A stretch of 64,000 nt of DNA, taken from the human T2T-CHM13v2.0 reference genome, Homo sapiens. Shown here in pieces: positions 1 through 11,620 of this stretch; within the stretch, counting starts at the first letter, position 1, and each line of letters starts with the position of its first letter. The stretch lies in the NCBI RefSeq assembly GCF_009914755.1, contig NC_060940.1; one strand, written 5' to 3'. The translations under genes and the position numbers were made by a program. The notes beneath the pieces were generated by a model. It was not told the DNA's origin, ran no database searches, and saw only the letters and a list, made by a program, of their open reading frames with translations.

Positions 1-254
1 CACCTTTAAATGGAGGACAGCCTTTTAGTCACTACCTGAGTATGTGATTTCAATAAGATGATCTTCTAAAATACAAAAGATGAGAAAGTATCTTGGAGAG
101 GTGACAACATGAAAGATGATAATGTGATATTACTGCCATCATTAGGATTATTCACTTGTCATCTGAGACTTAAAGTGATGGTGATTTCAGCTTTGTCTGG
201 TAGGATCAGGGAACAGCTAAGATCTAATTCAAAGATCCCTTGACTCTGATGTTT

Positions 255-430
255 GTTCCCACCACTTCCACTTCCTAGTTATGGGAATTTCTGCAAAGTG
301 ATTTGCCTCCCCAAGCTTTAGATGCTTCCCTTACAAAATGGGGCCACCAACATCATTTCTCAGGGTTTCCACAGGATTAAATAAATGGAAGCACGTTGAA
401 TCCAGTCCCTTGGGCTATTGGGTAGGTGTT
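255..430 (+). mobile_element. MIR SINE relic
   Basis: Degenerate MIR core: ccacttcctagttatg...acaaaatgggg...cagggtt...aggattaaat. Boundaries approximate. Confidence 0.65.
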
Positions 431-446
431 ACCAAACCCTAATTTC

Positions 447-770
<324 letters not shown>

Positions 771-1029
771 TAATTTCAATGTAGGAAGGTTGTATATCTC
801 AAGGGAAACCTCAAAGAACCAAAATGTGCTGGAGAATAGGCTGCTTGATTTTGTTCTCTTGTTTTTTTATTTTACTTGGGATTTATTTGTATAGAATTTT
901 GATATTTTTCTTTTAAATAGAAATACCAACAAAAATAATAGGACAACACATTGATATGGCCCTTTTTAAAGGTGCATTCATATTGATGATATCATTTAGT
1001 CTATTACATCTTGTGACTCTTAAGTCTCG

Positions 1030-1180
1030 TGGCTCACTAAAATTACGTGGGGAGCATTTAGTAACAGTCAGTGCCTGGGCACCAACCCCAGAGGCTCTGA
1101 TTCAATGGATCTGGGGAGGAGCTCAGGAGTCTGAATTTTTTTTACATCTCTGGTTATTCCCATGTAAAACCAGAGCTCAG
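1030..1180. mobile_element. MER5-like hAT-Charlie MITE relic
   Basis: gtgcctgggcaccaaccccagaggctctgattcaatggatctgggg resembles the MER5A/B core. Confidence 0.6.
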
Positions 1181-1792
1181 ATCTGTTGCAATGGGCTGTG
1201 GAAGATAAGGCAGAGGCTGCCTTCTCTAGTGTTCAGTTAGGAAGCTGGGAGAAAGGTTAAAGGGCTGCCCATCAGGATTTGAATCCAGGTCTCTCAACTG
1301 AGTCCAGTGCTCTGTTTCCTACACCGCATTTTCTAGGGATAAAATTGAACTAAAACGGAGGAGGTCCTGGAGTAGAGAAAGGACAATATTAAGTCCCCTT
1401 GGAAGAAATGTACCAATGGGTGGCAATAATACATTCACCCAGAATAACTCCACAGGAGGGCCTTATCCCGCCTCGCCTTGCATATGTTGAAACCAGGGCA
1501 TGGTTTCCTATAAAAATGCTTACTGTGCAGAAGTTCAGTGAGAGGTAGGGATTCTAAGGGGACAGATAAATCTATGAGCAAGACCAGTGAGTTGGTAAAA
1601 CACCCAGCTCAGCAGTTCAGAGCCAAAAATAGAAAGGCTTTGTGAGCAGGTAGGTATCTTTATTATGGTAATCAACTCTGGGCCTAAGAAACAATGAGGC
1701 CATCAGAGTTCCTGGGATGCTCCATAAAGGTGGTAGTAGTGGGTGTCCTGGTAAGCACAGAAATCTGTGATCTGGCGTACAGCACTCAAGTG

Positions 1793-1854
1793 GGGCTACC
1801 AACTTCAGGCCTCTCTGCATCCAGGGCCACCAACTTCAGGCCTCTCTGCACCCA
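1793..1854. repeat. 2 x 31-bp tandem duplication
   Basis: gggctaccaacttcaggcctctctgcatcca followed by gggccaccaacttcaggcctctctgcaccca (2 mismatches). Confidence 0.95.
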
Positions 1855-2413
1855 AGACCTGGCTAAGTTTTAGCCCACCAGTGAATCAATGTGAATTGAT
1901 AGGGAAAATGCTAAACTGGAAGAAATACACTAAAAAAAAATCATAAAATTTGAGAACAAAATGGAATTCAGATTATCAAGTTAAAGCCCTCATTTTACAG
2001 ATTAAAGAAAATGAAGCTCGGGGTAGAGAAATGATTTGCTTCAAGGCTACAGAGCTAAGTGGAGTGGCAGATCCAAGAGCCTCCCTGCTTGGTGGTTCTT
2101 CTGCCATTAAAAACCAACCAAACAAGAAACCATGGGCAAAACACAGGCACACCCTGAATACTGTCAGGAGGAGACGGTCTTCATTCTCTCTTGTGGTGCC
2201 CTTCCCTCTTCCTGAGGAGTGAGCCGTCACTTTGGCTTCTACTCTATGTTAAGGGGATCAAGGGACATCATGGAAATATGGACTCTGGCCCTGGCTTTGC
2301 TGTGTGTCTTGGGGCAAGTCACTTTACTTTTCTGGGTCTCACATCTCCATAGGCAAAATGCTGAGTGTGAAAAAATAATTCTAATGATACACTACCTGAT
2401 TTACTCTCTAAAC

Positions 2414-2631
2414 CAGGGATTGGCAAACTAAGGACCAACTCTGGCCCACCACCTGTGTTTGTAAATAAAGTTTTATTGGAACACAGCCACACCCAGTCTT
2501 TAATATATTGTCTAGGGTTGCTTTCATGCCATAATGGCAGAGTTGGGTAGATGCAACAGAGACCACCTTATGCCCCACCAAGCTGAGCATATCCACTATC
2601 TGGCCCTTTACAGAAATGTTTGCTCATCTCT
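2414..2631 (+). mobile_element. MER58A hAT-Charlie MITE
   Basis: cagggattggcaaact...gtaaataaagttttattggaacacagccac...ctatctggccctttacagaaatgtttgc matches the MER58A layout. Confidence 0.85.
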
Positions 2632-2664
2632 ATAAAAGAACAATCTATCTACTACCTCTGAGAT

Positions 2665-2671
2665 ACACACA

Positions 2672-2718
<47 letters not shown>
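2665..2718. repeat. (CA)n microsatellite
   Basis: About 23 uninterrupted AC units from 2673. Confidence 0.98.
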
Positions 2719-2720
<2 letters not shown>

Positions 2721-4654
2721 CTACCACATATTAATATATATCCTGGACCATGTAATGTTGCTGCTTCTGTATTTGCTTTTAGTAGGAAAATGTTTCAAAC
2801 ATATAGCTAAATGCAGAACCAAATTCAATGAATGATATTTATAGCCCTCTAGGTTTAACAGATATGATTAATATTCAGTCAGATTGTATGTTTGCAAAAC
2901 ACTATACCATAGGAATCCATATTTATAAAGAATCTTGATTTCTCTTAGAATAAGGAAGAAAAGACAGACATGCATACATGCATAGGCATATATGTAAATG
3001 ACCTGAAAAGTTCAACACTACTGTAGCATGATTGTCCTCACTTGATTTTGGTGTTCCAGTTTCTGATTTTTCAGATAAGTAGCAAGGTCTTACTTATGAG
3101 ATGCCTAGTCTAAATCGCAAAACACACATTTTACCAGATATTCAGAAATAAGCATGAGTTTTTTAATCAACTACATGGTTTAACTTAAAAGTAAAAGTGT
3201 AATTTTCAGTTATGAAATTTAGTTATAATTATCTTAACTGCCAATACTTAAAGGTACTACTTAAACACTAATAAAACAGGGCAAGATTTAAAGAAAAAAA
3301 TCTGAGATTGAGTTGAGTACCTTTTTCCATTTCTTTTTAACCTTAAACCACTTGGTGAAATCTCAATTTTAGGAATCAATCTTAATTGGAATGTCCTTGC
3401 ATAATCTTTACATATTTCTTTCATTAAGAAAACCAAAATGTTTAAGACTTCTCTGGTCTCCAAGGTTTGTACAATTTCATTTTAAGTCAAAGCCACTATA
3501 GTCATTCAATTCCCCCATGACCTGGTCCCAGCTCACATGAAACCAAGGATAGATTTTTGTTTCATCTTCTTCAGTCATGACAAGGAATAAAAGAGGAATT
3601 TCTACCTCTGTCATTTGGCTTCATTAGCATCAACATGTGCCTTCTACAACCCTGTAATATTTCTTCACTATATGAATTATTTGCCTATTTGAGGCTTTTG
3701 GGTGTGCATGTGTGTCTGTGTGTGTACGCATGCACACATGCACAAATATGCACACATACCTGCATTCTAATCCTCTCTCTTGCTTCTTCCAATCAGTAAT
3801 TGGGCTGGTTATCAGGTGAACACAAATTGGCATCAAGAGCTCACCTTTGAAAAGTCTCCCTTTCCAATATTCCTCTGATACAGAATTTGGAGTTAAAGAT
3901 ATTTTTGCTAAAGCCAGAAGTTTTTTTTTCTTTAAAGACCAGGAAGTCTACTAGGCTAGCACATGGTTAAATAGTCATTGGAATAAATTCTTAAGACAGA
4001 GATATGCATTACTTTTATTACAGCTATTTTCGTTGTGCTAATGGCTCCACCAGGCAAGGAGGGGCTGCCGTGGGCTACTCAAAATCTAATGTTTCCATCT
4101 GTCTTCCCAGTTCCACCCTGAAGTGGGCATTTGTCTCACATGTGTGTTCCTCTCTCCAGATTAAGAGGACAATATTTTTAAGCTTTGGGATTTAATGTCT
4201 TTGCTTTAGCCTTCAGAAAAACTCTCCCTAAAACCAATGACAGGCTCCAGCCGTATATTAGGCATCCCAGCCTCCACAAGGCAGGAGCCAGAAGAGTGCT
4301 AGAAACAGAACCAAGGGGGCTTTGGAATGGTTAATAACAAAAGATCCTTAAATGTATCATAAATATCTATTACCAGGAAGATTAATAATGATAAGAGTGT
4401 CCTTTACTTAGTGCAAGACTTTTCTCTCTTGATACTTAACCTACCCACGTAGATGAGGTTAAGCTATGCACCTTAATGGGGGACTATTACGATGTCTATA
4501 ATTAAAATGACTTTTCTTTGGAATGCTCAAGGAAAATTACACTTCTTTTCCTCCTAACAATTGTGAAAACATTATAACAAAATAACTATAGCAAATTTGA
4601 AAAGATAATATCCCTACTAATTCTACGCCCCTCAAAAAGGCGTAAAGCAACAGT

Positions 4655-4840
4655 TTCAATATAGGGCAGTCACACTTGGGAGCACAAGGACACCTGGAGA
4701 ATGTATTTAAAATGCAGGTTCCCAGGCCCAACTCACATAAACTATTTCTTGAGATTTGAGGTCAGGGTCAGGATTACACTTGTTAATAATGTCCCAGGCT
4801 ATCTGGATGTCGTTACAAGACCAAGCTTTCAGAAGCATCG
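4655..4840. mobile_element. MER5-like MITE relic
   Basis: cacctggagaatgtatttaaaatgcaggttcccaggccca...tttcagaagcatcg. Confidence 0.55.
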
Positions 4841-4845
4841 AGATA

Positions 4846-5413
4846 GAATAGTCCCCCTTAGCAGTAGGGCACACATTCTAAGACCCCCAGTAGATGCTTG
4901 AAACCACAGGTAGTACTGAACCATATCTACACAATGTTTTTTTTCTATACATACATGGCCTAGGAAAAAGTGTAATTTAGAAATTAGGCACAATAAGAGA
5001 TTAACACTAACTCATAATAAAATCGAATATGTATAACAATATGCCAACATCACTACTCTTGTACTTTGGGGCCAATATTAAGTAAAAGTGATGTGGTGGC
5101 TGTTGGCCTGATTACCTCAACGGCTCCTATGTGCCACAGGTGGGTGGCATCTATAGCATGGATATGCTGGACAGTGGTGTCCATAGTGTGGATATACTGG
5201 ACAAAGGACTGATGTACATCCTAGGCAGGACAGAGCAGGACAGCACGGTTCTCATGTGGTCCCATGTGGTTCTCATCACATGACTCAGAATGGTGTCCAA
5301 ATTAAAACTTATGAATTGTTCATTTCTGGAATTTTCCTAATATTTCCAGACCGAGGTTGACCATGGGTAACTGAAACCAGAGAATGTGAAACCGAGGACA
5401 AGGGAGACTACGG
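4846..5413 (+). mobile_element. MER44B (Tigger7-derived TcMar element), full length
   Basis: TIRs gaatagtccccctta and caagggagactacgg, TA at 4844-45 and 5414-15, and diagnostic internal sequence aaattaggcacaataagagattaac. Confidence 0.88.
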
Positions 5414-6123
5414 TAGAAATGTTCAATTCCAGCTGCTTTTCTAATGCAATACGTAGCTCTCAATCTTCCAGTTCTATGCTCCAGCGTTTTGTTATCCACT
5501 ACATATTTATGGGCACTACGTACATGGTTTTCAGCCTGGTGGAATTTAAGATATCATAATTCAAATCCTGAATCTTCTCTTAAACAAATTTATTCAGATA
5601 GATTCTCATAACACCATTAATGAGCCAAAGGGCAAGAACACATTTGTGGCTTCCACTGTGTTGCCATGTTGCTTTCTCCTAAGGTTAAGAAATTTATATT
5701 TAAATCAGCAGATTAAGAGGCCCCAATATTCACCATAATGTCATCAGCAATGTGTATTTGAATATATTTTTACTTTGTTCTGCTAATTTAGTCAATGCAA
5801 AATGGTATCTCAAGGTGGATTTAATTCACTCTTCTTGCATTTCTGGTAAAGATTAATATGTTTCCTTGTGTTTCTTTTCTACTTAAAAGTTTCCCAGAGA
5901 TACAGTTAAACTTCTGAATTTCTCTTTGAGCTTAGGGCAAGACTTATTACTTCTTTCTTTATTGTCCAGGCAACTGGTACCTGACAAAGACTGAAAGCTA
6001 GGGATGGAGAAGAGACTGCAGCTTGATTGAGCATCCAAGGACAGAGCTCTTGGCCAAACTACCTTGTGTCTTGAGGGTCCTAAGACCAAAACTTCTAGAT
6101 GGAAGACAAGGAGGAAGAAAGCA

Positions 6124-6537
6124 TTCCAAGTCAGGTTCCCTGGGAAATAAGATTTGCATACAGGAGATTCTTGGGGCAGTTCCCTCAAGATGAAGACCCG
6201 GAGGTGGTGAAGAACTCTGGAGCTGAAAGAGAGAGGTGTTTAACAGTTGCCAACTCACCAATGGCCCTGGGGAACTCTAGAACTGGGATGGCTCTTTATT
6301 ATTGTCCTGTTTTGAGGCAAGGGCCTTTCTTCTCAACTACATGGACCAGTCATTGGAGGTGGCTGCCCCAGGGAAAGGACTGTGAGTTTAGGTGAGGCAA
6401 CTCTCTTCAGCTAAAAGCAAACCTTAGCAAGGCACTCAGCTGTGAAATGTCAGCTGCTAATATTATCAGCTGCTGGTGGGATAAGAGCCTCAGTCCTGAA
6501 GAGTGCATCTCAGTGATACACCACAGCATTCCCTGCA
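6124..6537 (-). mobile_element. LTR16-family (ERVL) solo LTR
   Basis: caggttccctggg...ccagtcattggaggtggctgcccc...ctcagtcctgaag...caccacagcattccctgca is the reverse complement of an LTR16C-like sequence. Confidence 0.7.
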
Positions 6538-6767
6538 GAAGGAATCTAATGTTTATTGAGATCTCACAGTTTCTTTAATGTATGCTCTTTTAGTTATCTA
6601 CTGATGTGTAATGAACCACTCCAAAGTTGGTTTAAGACAACAACAACAACAAACATTTAAATTCAGTTCACGTTTCTGAAAACTGGGCTGGGCTCAGCTG
6701 AACAGTTCTTCTGCAGGTCTTGCTGCTGATCACTTACTGGCTGCATTCATCTGGTGAGACAGCTGTG

Positions 6768-6821
6768 GGCTGGGCTTAGCTGGGACAGTGGGATGGCTGG
6801 GCTTAGCTGGGACAGTGGGAT
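6768..6821. repeat. 2 x 27-bp perfect tandem duplication
   Basis: ggctgggcttagctgggacagtgggat occurs twice exactly. Confidence 0.97.
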
Positions 6822-6978
6822 GGCTTGGCTTCTGTTGTTCTCTCCAAGGAGTTTCAGGGCCTCTTTCTCTCAACGTGACCTTGTCACCTACAGGCAGCCC
6901 CTTCACACCATCTCTCCTGCAAACTAACTGTTTTCCTACATGGAGAATTAGGACCAGGACCCAGCCTAATATTTAGAA

Positions 6979-7207
6979 CAGGGTTTCTCACCTCCATGAT
7001 ATTGAAATTTTGGGCTGCATACTTATTTGTTGGAGGGAGGAGGCGGTAGATACCCAGGTTGTGCATTGTAGAATATTTAGCAATATTCCTGGCCTTCATT
7101 CACTGGATGCCAGTAGTACTTCCCCAATTGTGATATTAAAAATGTGTCTCTCAGCACTGCCAAATGTCCCCTTGTGGGGAAAAATCATTCTCCATTGAGA
7201 ATTAGGG
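6979..7207 (+). mobile_element. MER20 hAT-Charlie element nested in MLT1
   Basis: cagggtttctca...gtgcattgtagaatatttagcaatattcctggcc...gccaaatgtcccct; 8-bp TSD atttagaa / ctttagaa. Confidence 0.88.
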
Positions 7208-8859
7208 CTTTAGAAAGACTTGCACTTCAGCACTCTTAGAAGTTCCACCACATCCTATTAACTAAAGCAAGCCATGGACACAGCCCAGTTTCAAAGCACA
7301 GGAATACCAGGACACACAGTTCATTGGGGCCACCAATGTCGCAGACTACCATAGTTCTATGAGGTTAACATTTACATCCCCATATTCTAATGTTGAACTA
7401 AGGCTCGTTCTTTCAAGGCCATGCAGAAAGTCACAGGACCAAGATTGGAGCCCAGGTTTGCCTGACAGCAAAATCTATACTGCCCCTGCTACATTGAGCC
7501 ACCTGCAGCAGGTTCCAAAGGGTTACTTTTAGAAATGAACTACCCTCAATCTCCTGCAAAAACGTGTTAGAGAAAAGAGAGAGGCTTTGCTCAGGCTTAG
7601 TTACGGTTAATAAAGAAAACATTAATCACTTGAAGTGCTATTTTGGAGCTCATGAAACTGAAATGAAGCACAATATGAAATGTTCATTTATTTCTGAGGG
7701 GTTTATTTTGTTAACATTCAATCACTCAATCCTCTTTGCCTTATTTATCAAGTTTGAGAAAAAGAACACTTTTTTTTAATACATAAAGTTCTGTTCTGAA
7801 TGATATAATAACAGCCTCCTTCTATTAGAGATGCAGAGGTCATAGATCACAGGTGGAGCCAGGACATCGCTCCCCTGCTCACCAGGGCAGTTCTTTCAAG
7901 GGAGGTCCACACCAGTGCTACCTATTATAGCCTCCTGTAGGCTCTTATGAGACTCCATTTTCTGTTGGAGCATGAAATGCCTGGATTTAAAGCTCCTCTC
8001 TGCTGCTCACTGGCTATATTGCTGTTGATGCGTCACTTAAATTTCTGGAGCCTATCAGTGTCTTTAACTTGGGTGAAATGACTCCTACTCCGTGGGATTT
8101 GTGTTGAGGAAATGAAATAATGCATGTGCATTTGGTTCCTTCACTGTCCCCTCTTGAGAAAGGAGGGATCTGCAGTAGATAATAGATACAACCAAGAGAA
8201 CGTCATGGGCCAATTAACTCAATTCTTCTCTTTGCCAGGCTGGACAATGAGTTTAAGAGTGAAAGGTACCAGAGGGCTGGAGCACATTCTATTACCACCA
8301 TGACTTGTGGATCTTGGGCCACCTCCTCTCCCACACATCAAGGCAGCAGACACATAAAGGGCAAAAATGAAGCAGAGACCGTGATCCTCCTTCATTCCAC
8401 TCCCAATCTCCCAGACAGGTGATGGAAATTGGACAGAAAAGAGCAAAGAAGTCAATTGTCATCCATTATTTGGTATAGTCCCACTACTTCCAAAGAGTTT
8501 CTCAAAACACAGTCTGTGAGTTCTTCTCCGTATTGTATTTATTACATATTTGTAAAGAAAACTTTTTTATCTGGAATGCTCAGGAAATTGATGTCCTGAT
8601 TAATTCAATGTTCTATTTAACTGGAAGGCACCAGATATTGCATAGTTTTCCACATTGAAACATGGCAACAGGTTTTTTTAAAAAAAATTTTAATCAAACA
8701 TAACAATATTTATCGGAGAGTTTGTAAGGCATGGTAGGTTTCTGTATTGCCTCCAAGGCATAACAAGAAACATCCATTTTTCAAGATTTATACAGGTGAA
8801 CATGTGGATTATTGGAGGTTTCTCACTGATTTAGTAAAAATGACATGGATTTCCTTCAT

Positions 8860-9040
8860 AGTTAAGCAGATCTGGGTTGAGTCCTAGTTCTAAATGTATG
8901 AGCTGCTGGCTGTTAATCTCCACAAGCCTTAGTTTTTCAATCTGTAAATTTGATATAATGGCATTGCTTTAAGGAAGTAATCAGACCATGATTACAAACC
9001 CCTTTGCACAATGCCTGACTCATAGTAAATACTTAATCAA
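8860..9040 (+). mobile_element. MIR relic
   Basis: gcagatctgggttgagtcctag...atctgtaaat...cacaatgcctgactcatagtaaatact. Confidence 0.65.
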
Positions 9041-11109
9041 GTCAACTTTGTTTTGTCCATTCTCTTCTTTGGGGTTCTACTCCAGCTACACGGAAAATAA
9101 ACTTGCAGAGAAAGTGTCAGGAAACACTGCAGACCACCTAACTATTCTCATACAGAAAATGTTGACAGGGCAAGGACATCAGGGCATGAGAAATTTTGCA
9201 TTTCTGCAGTGCATACTACACACAACCATTTCAGCTAATCATCATGGCCATCCTGTGGTTGTGAACACAGCCTGACTGGAGAGGATGGTTTAGGATGCCA
9301 GTTTTACTTGTGAGTAAAATTTCTGATGTGCATGTTTAGTAAAACAGCTGTTTGGATGAAAGATACTTATGGTTGCAAAGTCAGAGGTGCATCGCCAGTG
9401 CTTTGGTTAAAGTTCTTGCAGTTCAGCCCCAAATTGCATTTCTGCAGCGAGTTAGGAAAAGGCATTATATAGTTCTTGCCTGTGCCTCCTTATGTGGTCC
9501 CAGAGATACACACAGTGGCTTTTTTCTGTCATCAGTCACCCTTGGGCATCAACTGTCTGTAAGAGATTTTGCCTCAGATACGGAGCCTAATCACTGAACC
9601 AGTTTTTATTTGGCTATATCTCAATGATAGCTAAAGGCCCCATTTTACTTGCTAGCCCATTGTTTGTCTAATTATTAATGTGCCTCAATTTCAATTAGGT
9701 CAACTGATGAAAGATCTTGGCTCAGACAGGTGGACTCACCAGTGGGGATCCTTTTGCCTGTGTCTCAGCCACCTGAAGGGTTTTTCCATGACAATTCGCT
9801 CAAGCAAGATGGGGTCAGCTGTCCAGGGAGCACTCAGGAAGCAAAAGGTTGTCTTGAAGTGTGAACAGAAAAGCTCAATGGACATCAGTGATGCAAGAAA
9901 GCTCTGGCAAAAGCAAATAGGGTCATGCCAGGCAGCACTGGGGGTAGCTCCCCCGTATCCCGGAGAAGCTGCAAAGTAAAGGTTAGCAAGGCATGTGGTT
10001 TCTTAAGAACCAAAAATGGAGAGGGCTTTTCTTTTGAAAGACTTGCTCCAGCAGAGCCTGCTGTGTTTTCACTTGCTCTGCACGAGATGCTTCCTGTTGG
10101 GTGTACTTGCCCAGGTACCAGGATAGTGTGAGGGCTGAGGGCAATATTGTTCCCACAGCTCTGAAAGGGAAGAGGTGAAGAGGTCAAAGGAAAACAGTCT
10201 ACGTCCTGCCGGGTTAAACACAACTTCTTGCGGTCAAGCTGGAGAGTAGAAAAACAGGGAGAAGTGGGATTTTCTATCTGCTGGGTTGGTCTGCAGCCCC
10301 CAACACATTCAAGATGAAGCAGCGGTGGAAGGATGGGGCATGGACTCATCATCCAGTGTCCGGTGGTTCAATTTCACCTCTGCCTTCTATCCTACCCAAG
10401 TGTGATCTTGGGTCCCCGTTTTATCAAAGTGAAATGGGAACAAGACTACTGACCTCGTATGGTGGCTGGGAAGGTAAATGGAACAATATACAAATAGGGT
10501 ACATAATGGTACTTCCTAAATTGTTCTTTCCCTTTCTCTCTAACTTCCATTCTTTTGGTTCCAAAGCCTTATCCAACTCTGGGTGACTCCTTACTAAAAT
10601 ACCAGCCCCCTTTCTCCCTAGAAGCAGAACCCTGACTTCATTTGGAGGCTGCCATGAGCCAAGCTGAACAATGACGTCTACCAGCCTGCCTTGCAGAGAG
10701 GGGTGGCCAATGAGACATAAGCAGAAGGTACTGAGTGGGGTTTGGGAGAAAGCATCTTTCATTTCTTGCCTCTCCTTCTGCTATCCAAGAACCATGGCTG
10801 AGCTCAGATGGAGCTGGCACAAGCCTAGTGCCAGGAAGATGTTTGCTGCCTAAATAACCCAAAAAATAAAAATAGAAACAGTGAACACTTATGGGCTTGT
10901 ACATTGCCTGTCAGTACACTAAGGCCTTTATTTGTTCTGTTTAATTCAATCCTATGAAATTTTGTTTTACTATTATTAATTTCTATTTAAAAATTAGGAA
11001 CCTATGGTACAAAATACATGAATAAATATATGTAGGCATGAGTGACTGAGTCAGTGCATGAACCACCGGGCCTATTGGAATTCAAGGAGAATTAGGGGTA
11101 AAGGATAGG

Positions 11110-11620
11110 GATATTGGTTTTCTATTACTACTATACCAAATTACGCTAAACTTGGTAGCTTCAAATAACACAAATGTATCATCTTACAGTTCAACAGGTT
11201 AGAAGTTCAACATGGGTCTCACTGGGCTAAAATCAAGGTGTCAGAAGGGCTGGGTTTTTTTCTGGAGGCTGTAAGGGAGAATTTGTTTCCTCGTCTTTTC
11301 CAGCTTCTAGAGGCCACCCACGTTCCATTCCTCTGCTCATGACCACTTCCTCCATCTTCACAGCAGCAAGGTCAGGCCAAGTCTTTCTCATGCTGCTTTA
11401 CTACCCAGTGTCTGTGGTCTCTTCACCTTTGAAGGACGCTGAGATTATACTGGGCCCCCCAACAAATTCAGGATTACCTCCCTTTCTTAAGGACAGATGA
11501 TTAGCAGCCTTAATTCCATCCATAATTTTTATCTTCCTTTTGCCATGAAAGGTAAGGGATTTGCAAGTTCCAGAGTTTAAGACGTGGACATCTTTGGGGG
11601 CCATTATTCTGCCTACCACT
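11110..11620 (-). mobile_element. MLT1D MaLR solo LTR
   Basis: gggtctcactgggctaaaatcaaggtgtcag...ttccagcttctagaggc...ggacatctttgggggccattattctgcctaccac. Confidence 0.85.

Larger units (their letters stand above)
6580..7353 (-). mobile_element. Old MLT1 (J/K/L-type) MaLR LTR split by MER20
   Basis: Starts tagttatctactgatgtgtaatgaaccactccaaa; ends ttcattggggccaccaatgtcgcagactaccata. Confidence 0.7.
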
